A stretch of DNA of 64,000 bases from Prorocentrum cordatum. Its lineage: Eukaryota. Below are positions 13,082 to 27,830 of this stretch, piece after piece; positions within the stretch are counted from its first letter, which is position 1; each line of letters starts with the position of its first letter. The notes under the pieces are model-generated. The model was not told the origin of the DNA. It ran no database searches and saw only the letters and a program-made list of their open reading frames with translations. Made by a program: the position numbers and the translations under genes. The stretch is taken from contig CAUYUJ010000002.1 of NCBI GenBank assembly GCA_963575745.1, forward strand, positions 186,001 to 250,000, read 5' to 3'.

Positions 13082-14777
13082 ATGGTTCAAGTCCACGACG
13101 TGGGTAGGCTGGCGTCGGTAATCGAGACCGAGATGACGCGGGCGGCTGTCGCTCGCAACGAACATGGATCGGTCCTCGAGACTGCCTTGGCCGCCAACAT
13201 TCGTTCGGAACAGGCAGAGGAGGCCGCCGCGTACTTGGGGAGAGGAGCTACAACCATCATCCTCGGACTGTCAGGCGCGTGCTCGGTGGATCAATACACT
13301 GACAAGACCTTGAGGGCACTGACCGAAATGGCTGCGGAGACGCCGTGCAAACGATGCATCGGGGGCAACTCCTTGAACACTTGGTCTGAGCTAGTGGACA
13401 ATGCAGTGCGTGGTTGGACGAGATAGACAAACGGAAGGTCGAGGTCTCGGGGCTAGGGTGATGCGGAGGACTGCCAGGCAGACATTGGAATGCTGAAGAA
13501 CAACAAGGAGCGCGCCATGCGCGCGACCCTCCATTGCGACCTTAGCGAGTCCGAGATGCATGCAGATCTGGTCAGGATGAGGTCCAGAAGCCACCGCGCG
13601 GAACAGCACGTGGAGGAGCTTGCGACTGCCGCGGCCGAACTGCAGGAGAAACACATCGTGGATGCGGAGGCGCCCGCGCGCAAGCTGCAGGAGGCCGAGG
13701 GGAAATTGGCCAAGTCAAGTGCCGGCGCGGCCGGGCCCTCCGTTGCAGAGGGGCGCGATCCGCCAGATTGCGCCGGTCCGCCAACAACCTTCACAGAGAA
13801 AATGGGCGCGCTCGCGAAGCTCCTTGAAGGGCGCGCGAACTTGGACGTCGAGGGCCACCTCAAGCAGGAAATGCCTGGCAAGAAGCCGAAGTCCTCCGAC
13901 TCCGGCTCATCTTTCAGCGACTCGGACTTGAGCGGCAACAGTTCGGGCGCGTCCGGGGCCCGGAGGAAGCGACCCCAGCGCCGACAGTGAGGATTCTGAC
14001 CAGAATCTGCGTGGCCCAGAGCGCGGGCGGCCCCAGAGCAGGTCGAGGTCGTCGTCGAGGCGCGGCCCCCGCGGGCGCCCCCCATCAAGGGCCGGTAGGG
14101 GCGGCGAGAAATTCATGCCAGTGGTTTCTGCCATCATCTCGAAGGTCCAGAATGATAGCGGCATCTCGATTGCCGCAGACCGCGGCTGTTTCTCGGATGC
14201 GCTCGCGAGTGCCTCGCGCGGGGCGTTCGCTGAGGAGGGCATGCGCGCGCGAATATATGAAAGTGCGCGGGATCGACAACTCGAAATGGCTCGGAAGCAT
14301 CGATGGGGCAAGTCTTCGCGGACGTGGGCGGACGTGAGAGGCAGGGATTTAAGCGCCGCGCGGCAGAAACCCTCTTGTCTGACTATTCCAAGACCCTCCA
14401 ATCCTTCAGCACCGACATGGTGCCCATTATCAGCAGTTGGTTGCTCAGCTACGATGATGGCGAGGTCAAGTGCTATTTCAGGATGGAGGGCGTTGTTATC
14501 GCGTCGACATCCAATAGGGACAAGAAGGAACACGAGGGCCATATGGTCAAGCACAACGATTCGGACGACGACGACAGCGACAAGAAGGATAAGAAGGACA
14601 AGAACGACAAGAAGGAGGAGAATAGCAAGGGCGACGAGGACTCGGGCGCTAGCCGCTAGCGACTCGGACAACGAGAAGGAGTCGAGTACATATAAGAAGG
14701 ACGAGAAGGATAAAGACGACAAGGACAAGAAGAAGGACGAGAAGGACGGAAAGAAGAAGGGGGAGTCCAAGAAGTGA
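13082..14777 (+). pseudogene. Disrupted intronless ORF of unknown family (coiled-coil-like middle, K/D-rich tail)
   Basis: Consecutive + strand ORF pieces 13082-13426, 13490-13990, 14303-14659 and a KD-rich end at 14777, with coding-like GC3 and broken by stops and frameshifts. No recognisable domain. Confidence 0.45.
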
Positions 14778-15081
14778 ACGGTCTCCGCAAGCCCCGCCGA
14801 CGGCAATGCAGAGGCTACGCTGGCCCACGCTGCCGCTCATAATCGTGGTTCGTGCCAGTGGGGGTCCCGATCCGCGCGTGCAGCCTTGCATTAATGGGTG
14901 CGTTCTCCTGCGTCGCCCGCGTTGCCCAATGCGCTTACCGCAGCACTGCTTCGGTCTGTGCTGGTCGCATCGTGACTGTCGGTGCTTGTTGTGCGGCCAG
15001 TAGAGGCAAATGTTTGGGCTGCGTTGGTTAGTCGACGCAGTGCGATCCACTGCGCTTCGTTTGATGAGCAAAAATGAGAGT

Positions 15082-16912
<1,831 letters not shown>

Positions 16913-17084
16913 GGTGCAGTGGTGAATGTTGTGTTCGAGGGGCGCACATCGTGTCAGAGCACCATTCCTGGGACATCAACGCCGCGCATCAACATGATTG
17001 ATGTTTTCTGACAGTCGTAAATTCTGTCAGAACGCATTCTTGATATTTCGATTCTGCGAGTCCTTGAAACTGTTGCGAACGTTC

Positions 17085-17370
17085 AAGGCGAGTGAGCGCG
17101 GCGCTATCGCGACAGCCACACATGGAAAACGAGTTGCCCTCCATCCGTGAAGCGGATGCACTCTTTAAGCGGGAGCCGCATTTTGAGAACGGCCCCCCTT
17201 CCATAGTGGAAGTTGTGGCAGTCATGCAAAACGACTGAGCGCGGCGCTAACTTGAAGGCCGCATTTTGAAAACGGCTCGCCCTCCATCCGCTAAATTGTT
17301 GTAGTTTTCCCATGTGTATGCACGTGGCTATAAGACGAGAGCCACATTGGGCGAACAATGCCCCGCACCG
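17085..17370 (+). repeat. Diverged ~80-bp tandem family, copy 1
   Basis: Motifs gcgcggcgcta and gaaaacg...ccctccatccgtgaag are shared with 27510-27830. Confidence 0.6.
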
Positions 17371-17623
17371 ATGCGTCTGGGGGCGCGACAAGGAGGAATT
17401 TGTAAATGGAAAAGGAATGGACGAGGAGGAGGAGGAGGAGGAGGAGGAGGAGGAGGAGGAGGAGGGGGAGGAGGAAACGAAGGAAATGGAGGAGGAAGAG
17501 GAGGAGGAGCAGGAGGAGGAGGAGGAGGAGGAGGAGGAGGAGGAGGAGGAGCACGACGACGAGGAGGAGGAAAAATAACAAGAGATGAGGAGGAATTGGT
17601 GCGGGGGGTGGGGGGGGGGGCAG

Positions 17624-17750
17624 GAGGACGAGTGCGAGGGCCGGGCCGGCAGGCCGGGCCGCGCCACCGTCGTGGCCCGGCTGCTGGAAGCGGAGACGGG
17701 CCGCGAGTTGTTTCGGCCGGTGGAGGCCGAGGTGGTGGTCGCCCTCCCAG
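17624..17750 (+). CDS. Candidate internal exon (EDECEGRAGRPGRATVVARLLEAETGRELFRPVEAEVVVALP-G)
   Basis: cag|G acceptor (exact start uncertain), high GC3, ends CCAG|ga (GA donor, phase 1). Phase matches the exon at 18626. Confidence 0.55.
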
Positions 17751-17828
17751 GAGAGTTTTTCTTTATTTTCCAAATGTTGCATCATCGGAGGACTTCGTTT
17801 TTTCCTCCAGTCTCAAGCAGTGGCGAAG

Positions 17829-18029
17829 CGTCCTGGCCTGCCTACAGGCCTGCCGAACAATGTTCCAGGAACGTTTTGTGGTTTCCACGAAATGTTCTTA
17901 AAACATTTCTGGCCTGGACTGTCTTGTTTGAACAAATCGGGTTTATGTTATCAGAAGATTGTTTCTGTTCGTGCAGAATTTTTCGGCTCTAGGAACATGT
18001 CGTGGTAGGCCTGTAGAAATGCCGGGACG
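17829..18029. mobile_element. MITE-like element with 38-bp imperfect TIRs
   Basis: cgtcctggcctgcctacaggcctgccgaacaatgttcc vs the reverse complement of ggaacatgtcgtggtaggcctgtagaaatgccgggacg; AT-rich interior. Confidence 0.6.
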
Positions 18030-18340
18030 GTCGGTCCCAGCTCAAAAGTCGGTGGCTTTTCTTGCGCCCGGCCGCCCGCAGCGGGCCCGATGCGGAATCG
18101 ACGCGGATTGGGCGTGGTCTCGGCGCGGGCTCGACATGGATCCGACGCGGGTTCGGCGGGTCCGGCATGGGTTCGGCGCGGATACACGCGCGACGGGACA
18201 GACAAAGTCCCCGAAAACGCAACATTTTTTTCTGGGGGAGGTATGTCGCGATCGACGATGATGTCAGTATCCAGTGTGCACCGAGCGTCCACAGGGCGAG
18301 CTGAGGGTAGCATCGAAGAGTAATTCGCCACACCAACAAA

Positions 18341-18481
18341 ACTTGTTGCGCTCCGCGCGGATTTCTTGGATCCGCGCTGGGCCCCCCTGGCGGCGCCTCC
18401 GGCGCCGCCCTTGGCGCGCTCCGCGCGCCAAGGGGGGGGGTCCAACGCAGATCCAAGAATTCCGCGTGGAGCGCCACAAGT
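18341..18481. mobile_element. Foldback/MITE family C, copy 1
   Basis: acttgttgcgctccgcgcggatttcttggatc ... gatccaagaattccgcgtggagcgccacaagt (3 mismatches in 32). Related to 32371-32523 and 57162-57326. Confidence 0.75.
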
Positions 18482-18625
18482 GTATGTTTATGTGGGTTGT
18501 TCTTCTTTTACAGTTGGCCTTCGGAGGGAGGGCCCTGTGTCGCCACGCGTGGACGCAGCTCGGAAAATTGCGCTTGGACCCCTCGACGGGTCTGGGGCCT
18601 GACTCCGAGCTGCCCTCGTCTCAAG

Positions 18626-18701
18626 GCCCCCTGCTCCCAGAGCGGGACGTCACGAGCGACGAGCACGTCCCGAGGGACGTGGGGCGCCAGCATGGATTGA
18701 G
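18626..18701 (+). CDS. Candidate internal exon (G-PLLPERDVTSDEHVPRDVGRQHGL-R)
   Basis: aag|G acceptor, AG|gc donor, open in the phase required by exon 17624-17750. Confidence 0.5.
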
Positions 18702-19909
18702 GCGCGTGGGCCGGCGACGGGTCCCGCTCCCGTGCGAAGCCGACGCGCCCCGTCGCCAGATGAAGCGGCACGGGCTTCGCGTTTCGTTTGATGATTCGTA
18801 GACCCTGCGCCCACGCGACAGGTCCACGGATCCGTAAGCCACGTGCCCGCGTGCTTGAAGGATCCACTACCTCGCGGTGTGGATCGCGGGGCGCGATTCC
18901 GTGGGCACGCGTCCCCCCGTGGATGGGGTCCGCGCGGGGCCTCCGCGCACCGCCGCCCCACGCGCACGGAGTCGCGGCCGAGAAGTCCGGACGGCGAGGC
19001 CCCGGACGTGTAGCCATCTCCTCCTCCTGCTCCCATTCCTCCCCCTCCTCCCACTCCTCCTCCGCCTCCTCCGCCTCCTTCTCCCACTCCTCCTCCTCCT
19101 CCTCCTCCTCCTCCTCCTCCTCCTCCTCCTCCTCCTCCTCCTCCTCCTCTTTCTCCCACGGAGGAAGCTGTACGGATGCCGCTGCTCGTCCTGGAGTAGC
19201 GAGTCGTCGCTGCGACCGCATTCGCCTCGAAATATCCTAGGCATAGTGCGCCCTGGGAACGGTCCACGGGTACTGGGCGCGCCGTTCTGTCTTCCCCTGT
19301 GGGGAGGAGGAGTGCGGTGGCGCGGGGGAGGGAGGGAAGCGATTCAGGGAGGCGATGGGGAGGGGAAGGGGAGGGGCTGGGAGGGAGGGGGCGGGAGGTG
19401 AGGGAGACGGAGGGCACGGAGGGGCGGAAGAGGGATGGGGCGGAGCAAGAGAAGCACGTGTGGTGGAGGGAGAGGGGATGACGAGTGAGAGGGAGTTTTG
19501 GAGTAGCTCCTCGCTGAAGCATACGGCTTGTCGAGACTGGGTGGCGCTGCAGCTAGCAGAATATTAGTCAGACTAAAAACTTCTGCACGGGCACCAAGTA
19601 CGCAAGGACAATAGTTCACCCCTCCGGTACATGGTAACCTCCCTGGTGTGAGAGGGAGGGAGGGAGGGAGGGAGGCAGGATGGGGAGGGGGAGCGATGTA
19701 GTGAAGGGCAGGGGTGGAGACGGATAGGAGGGCATGGACGGGAGGTGAGGGGAAGGATGGGGCTGTGAGGGTGAGGAGGGAGGTGGTAGACGTGGCTCCT
19801 CCCCGCCCTACCCTCCGCTCTTCCTCCCGTTCCTCCCTCCCCCCCTTGCGCCTTGTCCTCCTCGTTTCCCCTCGCCTCCTCCTCCTCCTTCTCCATATCC
19901 TTCTGCTCC

Positions 19910-19940
<31 letters not shown>

Positions 19941-22184
19941 TCTCCTCCTCCTTCTCCTCCTCCTCCTGTCCCGAGTCCGGCCAGCGGGGGGGAGAGACGG
20001 AAGGGTGATGTGGCACCTATCGGCGATTGCCGCCCTCTAACGAAGATTTGTCTGTGAGGCTGAAGGTGAGCGATCTTCCTGTCAGTCCTGTCAGTGTGCC
20101 TCCTGGCCTTGGGATTCTGGGTAAGGTCGCCCATCAGTCCCATTCGGTGTAGACCAAGGACACGTGCTGCCCGCTTGGGTACCTTTCCTCGGAGGTTGCG
20201 GCTGTGCGTTTTGGTGGCGAGTTTTTGGTCACGGTACAGCGCAGGTTTACCCCCCTGGTGCAGCGTCAGCGATTTGGGTCTCAACCCAGTTGCCGAAGGT
20301 GACCGTTCGGCACAGTGCCGCTGCCCTCGCGTTAGACCCCTTTTGTTTTGGGGGGGTGACCGAGTTCCCCTTTGCTTTGTCCTGGCTCTTAGTCTCTGCT
20401 TACAGATGCTTGTGCCGCCAACTACCCCCAAACAGAAAATGATGCCCCGAGGGGAGACGCGGAGACGCGACAGGAGAGTAGAGGGGGGCATGCGGGGAGA
20501 AGGGGGGGTGGGCAAAGTAGTTAGCATGGGCAACCTCCCCAAGGTTGCCCTCGCATCCTTCCCCTTCGGCCCTCGCAAAGTGTCGACGTGGTCTTTCCTG
20601 GCCCTTGCATCCTCACCGTGCATCCTTGTCACACGAGGCTGCTGTAGAGGGGAATGGAGAGGGCGCGAGGTGGGAGGGGAGGCGCGGGGCTGGTGCGGCG
20701 CGCCCAGGAGGGGGAGCAGAGGGGGAGGACCTTCCGGAAGGCCCGGAAGGCCTTCCGAGGAGCTTCTCGGGGCTTGTTCCTGCGAAGCAGCGGAGGGGCT
20801 CCCAGGAGGCCTGAGTCTGTCTGAGACGCCCCTCCGCTTTATGAGAATGCCTGTCCCCTCTCGTCTGAATGCCTGCCTGTCTGCGTGCTCCCACATCGAA
20901 ATCCATGCAGAGGTCTGGCTCCCTGCCTGGGTCTTTCAGGCGTCACCTCTGCCTGACATGATTGCCTGTTGTAACATTACATACCGATCTTAACCCAGAG
21001 GCTCGAGAGCGCTTACCACCGAGGCCACACAGCCTGGGGCGAGCCCACTGTTTTTGTCGTCTCACGAAATGTTTGATGTTTCAGCAGCGCTGGAGAAATT
21101 ATCATCCGCTTTCTGAAGAGGCCTGCCCCCTTTGGTTTTCCCCGGTGAGGAGAGGGGGGATGGAAGGCTTAGAGCAAGGCGCGGCCCGCAGACTCGGTCT
21201 CCGTGTACCAGATGGAGGTGGGCCGACCTGCAGGCGGGCACCCATCCTACCGCTGCCGCGCGCCTTCTCCTCCGCCCTCCTCCTCCCCTCCTCCCTCCCT
21301 CGCTTCCCCCCCGCCCGCTTCCCATCTTGCCCCTCGTCGTCCTGTTCCACGTCCCCTTTCTCCTCCTCTCTCCTCATCGTCCTCCTTCTCATACTTCCTG
21401 CTTCGTGCTTCCTCCTCTTCTTCCTCCTCCCTCTCCTCCTCATGTCCCACCCCGGCCTCATTGACTGGATCCTCGTCCGTCCTCGTTCTTCTCTTCCTCC
21501 TTCTCCTCCTCTTCCTCCCCGTCCTTTTCCTCCGGCTCCCCTCCGTAACCTACCCCTTCTCTGTTTTTTTCTCCGACTTCGCCTCCTCCTGTTCCTCATT
21601 TCTTTTCTCTTCGAGGCCTTCTTTCCCGCTTCTCTCCCCTCCTGGGTGGAAGAGGAGGAGGAGGAGGAGGAGGAGGAGGAGGAGGGATGATAGAGGATGA
21701 TGCCGATGATAACGATGATCTGATGACGACGTATAATGACTGGAAGGAAGCATTCCCCCCCGCCCCCTCGCATCGCCCCCCTGCCCCTCCTAGTCGTCTC
21801 ACTCTTCGAGGTCCCCCGTCGTCCCCCTCCCCTTCCTTCTCCTCCTCTCCCGCCCTTTACACCCCTTCCTCCTCCTCCTCCTCCTCCCCCTCCTGTGCAC
21901 GCCTTCCTTCCCCCTGCCCGTCCCCCTCCCCATAGCGAGCATCGCACCCTACTCACGTCGGGCGCCAGCGACCCCTGCTTGGAGAGTCCGGGCAGAGCGC
22001 CAGACGAACGACGGGGCGGGCGAGGTCAGGCTCGCCCGCTTCCAAGCGACGCAGGGAGGCGAGCTGCGCCGCCTCTGCCGGCGTCGCCGGCGTCGTCTTC
22101 GTCGCCATCGGCGTCGTCGTTGGCGTCATCGGCGTCGTCGTCCTCGGCGTCGTCGTGCCGTGCCGTGTCGTGCCGTGCCGTGGT

Positions 22185-22228
<44 letters not shown>

Positions 22229-22420
22229 TGTGAGCTGTTGTCCCAGCGCCCTCCGAGCGGCCTGGGGCGTGCCCGAATGAGGCTTCAGAAGCAGAGTCGT
22301 GGCGTGCTCCCCGGCAAAGCTCCCTGGCAACGGGGATGCTCCCGCGCCTCTCCCCGGCGCCCCGCGCGGAAGGATCTCCACGCCTGGCGGCAGCCTTTCG
22401 GGCCTGTCGGACCCGTAAAC

Positions 22421-23727
22421 TTCAGTCGGGCTTGTCCCCTCTACAGGAGGAAAATTCCGGAATACAAATTGGCCGGATACGATTTCTTGAGTATTTATGG
22501 TTATCCGTAAGGGCTTCGCCCCCAGCCGCTGGCCCCCTCTCTCGGGGAATGCGCTATGCAAGAGCTATGTCATGAGGCCTGGGCGCTGTCGTGAAGCAGT
22601 ATCGGACTTTTCATGCAAGGCTGACTCGTAATGAGAAAAACTAATTGATCACCAGAAGGGTTACCACACCTGGCGGTTGGTAAGACGTCGTGACCCTGCG
22701 GATCTGCGTGAGGGGTGCCACCGCATTTAGAAATGTGGCAAATCCCGTGTGTTTTTGGACCCTGACCCTACGGATCTGCTTGAGATGTGCCACCGAATGT
22801 CAGAAATCTGGCACATCCCCTGTGTTTTTGGACCCTGACCCTACGGATCTGCGTGAGGGGTGCCACCGAATGTCAGAAATGAGGCACATCCCTTGTGTTT
22901 TTTTGACCCTGACCCTACGGATCTGCTTGAGATGTGCCACCGAATGTCAGAAATCTGGCACATCCCTTGTGTTTTTGGACCCTGACCCTACGGATCTGCG
23001 TGAGGGGTGCCGCCGAATGTCAGATGTGGCATTTTTTTTGTTGGACCCTGACCCTACGGATCTGCGTGAGGAGTGCCGCCGAATGTCAGAAATGTGGCAC
23101 ATCCCCTGTGTTTTTTGTTGACCCTGACCCTACGGATCTGCGTGAGGGGTGCCGCCGAATTTCAGAAATGTGGCAAATCCCGTGTGTTTTTGGACCCTGA
23201 CCCTACGGATCTGCTTGGGGGGTGCCACCGAATGTCAGAAATCTGGCACATCCCTTGTGTTTTTGGACCTTGACCCTACGGATCTGCGTGAGGGGTGCCA
23301 TGGACTTTCAGACATGTGGCACATCCCTTGTGCTTTTTTGACCCTGACCCTACGGATCTGCGTGAGGGGTGCCACCGAATTTCAGAAATGTGGCAAATCA
23401 CGTGTGTTTTTGGACCCTGACCCTGTGGATCTGCGTGAGAGGTTTTAGCTTTTTCCTCACCAGAGATTATGAGAACCCTCTCAGGGCGTGGTACTTCTGC
23501 TGGTTTGGGCTCCCCCCCCCTTCGCGCGTTCATCAACAAGGAACAGTGAGCAGCAAGAAGCAGAACTGTAACAGTGGAAACTGGAAGCTGCAACTGGTTC
23601 AGGGAGCAGCACATTCCCGGCCTACAGCCTAGTGGCCCCGCAAGGGGGCCGGCGGATTTTTGAACATGTTTTGACTATATTTTAGTTTCGTCCAGGATCC
23701 CCCTGCAGAGGGACATGCCCGACCCGA
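22421..23727. mobile_element. TIR family A element expanded by a ~1.15-kb internal insert
   Basis: Left end agtcgggcttgtcccctctacaggaggaa, right end cctgcagagggacatgcccgac. Segment 23657-23708 aligns with 52907-52957 of the empty copy. Confidence 0.7.
22690..23440. repeat. 73-bp tandem array, about 10 units, each with an internal hairpin
   Basis: gaccctgaccctacggatctgc at 22758, 22831, 22905, 22978 etc.; gtgccac...gtggcac inverted repeat in the unit. Confidence 0.95.
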
Positions 23728-24930
23728 GAGTAAACGCCTGGCCTCGGCGGCCCCCCCTGGAATGTGCGGGAGGCTCTGCTGCGCCGCGCGTGAAAGAGCA
23801 CTGTGCGGCGGCGCCCCTGGGGCCCATTCCTCGATACACGGGCGCCTCCCGGCACCAGGAGGCGCTGGGAAAATCAGCTACTTGAGCTGATTCTCTACCC
23901 TACCCTTCGCTATTCCCCTCTTTCGTTCCCCCCGATTGTTGGGGGCAGCCCCGCGCGTGGAAACTCCCTTCACGGCGGCCCGTGAGGCTTGCTGGGGGCG
24001 GCCCCTCACGCGAAGGCGCGCCGACGGCCCCTCGGGCCTGCGGGGGGCGGCCCCGCACGCGGCGCGACCCCCGTACCCCGACCGTGCCACGAAGCGCCAC
24101 GAATCCTGGAACGAGACCGCCGCCGTCGCAACGCAGCTGCGTCACTGTGCGGGACGCGCCGCGCTATCTCGATCCCGACTTCTCGCGCCCTGTCGGATCC
24201 CAGAAGCGCCACCTCCGCCGATGCGACACAGCCGCGTAGCCGCGCGTGACGCGGCACGCTGTCTCGGTCCCAATGCCCTTCGCCACGCAGCTGCGCTACC
24301 GCGCGTGACGTGACGCGCTGGATCGAATCCGATCTCTCTGCGCCCTGGCGGTGCCCCGAGGCGCCACCAATCGCTGAGAGAGCCCCGTGCCGATGCGACG
24401 CATGACACCTCCCCGCTGCCAGGGGGGCCGCGTGGGGGTAGAGGCGGAGAGGAATATATCCCTCAGCACGCAGGCGAGGCGCGAGGTATGCGTCCTGGTC
24501 TGGTTTGCAATCCGGGTGGCGCGACGGCGCAGGTGGGCATCCCCCCCCCCCTGCAACCCTGATGAGGGGGCGGGATGCTCGTGCGCTCGATAGCAGAGAA
24601 TTCCTTCTCGCCTCCACTTTCCGCCTCCCCTCTTCCCTTCCTGCTCCCTTCGCCCTCCCCCTTCCCCTCTGCCTCCCTCGCCCGCCACTCTCCCTGCCTC
24701 CCCCGCGCCTCCCACTCCCCGCCTCCCTGTCCCCGCCTCCTCTTCCTGCCCCGTATCCTCCTCGTCCACCTCCTTCCTTCATCCCCCTCCTCCTACCTGG
24801 GCGGCTTCCGGGGGAGCGAAGCGAAACCGTGCTGACGTTTTTTTTGTTGTTGTTTCTTTCTCGTCATTGTCTTCCTCCTTTCCTTGTTTCTCGTTGCCGA
24901 CGTTCCCGTCGCCGTCGCCTTAGCCGCCGC

Positions 24931-24975
<45 letters not shown>

Positions 24976-27509
24976 TCCCTGGTTCTCGTCATTGTCGTTG
25001 TCCTCGTGTTTTTATCTGTCGTCGTCGCTGTCGCATACTGCGCGCTGGCACGCAATCATGTTCTCGTCGATCGTCGATGAATTCTCAGATTCTCCTGCTC
25101 TCCCCCCCGTCCTCCTCCTCGATCCGTTCTCCTTGTCCCCTCCCCCGTCTCCTCTGGTACGGCCACATCAGAGAGAGGGTGCCCGAGCGGTCTTACTCTG
25201 TCCCTGCTCGCGTTCGTCCGTCTTGGGGTCGTCTCTCTGGCGGCCACGCTACGAGGCCACGCTGGGAGGCCACGGAGGCCGCGTTGGTTCTCCATATGAA
25301 GACTTCTTCCCATGTGTCCGGGTGCTTTCCGAGCCGGGCTGCGCCGCTCACGCATTTGGTTCAGCGCGCAGGATCTCACATTTCAGCTTTTTGAATGTGT
25401 TCGGAGGCATGAGTTCCCCATTCGTAAAGGTTGGGGGTCGAAGAAAGAACACGATGTTCGCCTGGGCCCCCGTCGGAGGAGCGGAAATGCGAGCGCAATG
25501 TCGCGCGCGACCCGCCGCTGGTAATAACGCGAGTGCGCGGGCGTCGGGGCGACGACGACTGCGACGGAGACGACGACGGTGGCGTCTGCGCCGACGGCGA
25601 CGACGACGGCGGCGACAGGGCTTGGGCCCACGGGCGAATTTGCGCCCCGCCCTCATTCCTGGAGCCCCGCGCCAGATTTTATGGGAGGAACGATTTTTTT
25701 GCGCGCAGTTTTACCTCAACCGTCTCTCCGCTTTACTAAAGTTTCCGTTTTGCTTTAGTAGAACGTCGTTTTCGGAATGGATTGGGCGGCGCGCCTTTCC
25801 TAGAGCCGCTTCCTCGCATGAATGAAGCCGCTTCCTCGCTTCTTCGCTGTAGTAAGGCCACTTCGTCGCTTTAGTAAAGTCCGCGGTCCGCCTAAGTAAA
25901 GCCCTGGAGGTGCGGGGCCAGGGCCGGGTCTGGGGGCGGGGGGCTCTTGTCTTCCCTGCCCGTTCACCCCTCATGCGTTCGCTCGGGTAATCAGGGTCGC
26001 GTTGCATCGGGTCGGGGCGATCCTTGGACATGTTTTCTGCGAGTTGCAGACGCTCCTTGACAGGAGATTCAGGGCGCGAGCGCAGAACGTGGCTCGGCAA
26101 TTCGGACGCGCCGCCACGGGTGTCGCGCAACTGAGCAACAGCATTTTACTGAAATGCCATTTTTTTAACCAACTGGCTCCTTCAACGGCTTACGTCCCCA
26201 TCTAGGGGGTCAATCGGCCATTGGGGCCCACGCCACGTTCATGGGGATAGGGGTCGGTTACGCGATGCCCGAGTCTGATGTTTTTTTTGCCCCTCGAACT
26301 GGTGTTCCCGCTGCAGCGTTGGCCTCACTTCAGGGGTGGCGTTCTGCCCCCGTCGTTCGGAGTGGCGGTCTCGCCCACGCGTGGGCCACAGTTATGGATC
26401 CGATGGCCCTTTCGTTGTTTTGCCCACCTCTTTTCCCCCTCCCCGCCTTTCCCTGGTCCTCCTGTTTTTTCCACTCCTTTAACGGTTGTGCAAAGGAGCA
26501 GGAGGAGGGGAAGGAGGAGGGAGGAGGAAGAGGAACAAAAGGAGGAGGAGGAGGAGGAGGCGGAGGAGGAGGACCAGTGTAAACCCAAGATGCGTCAGAG
26601 ATGTTGCAAGTAGCAGTCCCTCCAAGTTCCCTCTTCATTGGGCCCTACTGAATCTACGGGGCAGGCCTTACAACCGACGCCGCTGACCCTGAATGGAGGA
26701 CGACGGCGGCGGCGACGACGACGCTGCCGCATTGGAGCCCTTTTTGGGACTCGTTTGGCAGCCTCTTGGGCTCTGTTGGGGGGCCTCCTGCGGGATTTCT
26801 TGGGAAACTCCGTGGCCAGTTGGGGCCGCTTCGGATCGGATCTGAAACCTCATTTGGAGGCATGTTGGAACATACGCAGCACCCTGCAACGGCAGATGCG
26901 AGTGAGGAGGGTGCCTCCGGTGGACTGGGTCCAGGAGGATACGGGGGTGCTGGTGGTGGTCTCGTTGTTCACGAGGAAGTCGGGGGGCGGGGTCCTGAGT
27001 TTCTTTTGCCCAGGGGGACCACCGCACCCAATGTCGCTCTTGTCCCCTCATACCCCCTCCCCCACCCCGGGCCCTCCCCAACGGGCACCCCCCCTCCAGC
27101 AGGGAAGGGATTAAAGGAAAAGGGCTTCCCTTCGCTTCGAATCAGTGACGACGTTGTTTGACTTCCGTCTGGCTGGACCGCTTGAGGAGGAGGACCCACG
27201 GAAATGGGGGGAGTGGCGACGGCGGCGGCGACGACGATTCAAACGGAAAAACATGTCACCCACGCCGACAGGGTCAGCATCTTCATGGCGGGAAATGTTC
27301 CATTGGAAGAGAACCGTCTGATAATCTTCAATCTGCCACAACGCTATCCTTGGGATTTCAGCGTCGCTAAGAAACGTGACTGTTGCCTCTTGACACCCCG
27401 AAATCGTGCCAGAGCGCCACCCTTGGAACTTCAGCGCCGCGAATCATGGTGGCAGTTCCTTTTTGACGGTGCTAAATGTTTCCAGAACGCCATGCCTAGG
27501 ACTTCGACC

Positions 27510-27830
27510 ATGCGAATCCGTGAAACGGCTGCAACCAGTGAAACGGCTTCAAAGTTTGAAGACGAGTGTGCGTGGCGCTAACGGGAAAACCACCTTTTGA
27601 AAAGCACCCGCCGTCCTTCCTCAAGTTGCTGCAAACTCTTAAGTCGAATGTGCGCGGCGCTAAGGCGAGTGCCGCATTTCGAAAACGATGCGCCGTACAC
27701 CCGTGAACCTGCTTCAATCTTTCAAGACGAATGCGTGCGGCGCTGGGACGAGAGCCATATTGAAAAACGTCCGCCCTCTATCCGTGAAGCTGTTGCACAT
27801 TCCAACCTGCCCGCCCAAGCGACACGTTTG
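27510..27830 (+). repeat. Diverged ~80-bp tandem family, copy 2
   Basis: gtgcgYggcgcta and gaaaa...ccgtgaa motifs repeat about 4 times; similar to 17085-17370. Confidence 0.6.

Noticed and set aside
19808..20993. Overlapping 299-362 aa ORFs in unique-looking DNA
   Set aside because: No recognisable motif, atypical composition and no splice or codon signal; cannot be supported as coding.
22690..23440. Hammerhead ribozyme or telomeric repeat in the 73-bp unit
   Set aside because: No CUGANGA plus GAAA core on either strand; ccctgacccta is not an array of TTTAGGG.
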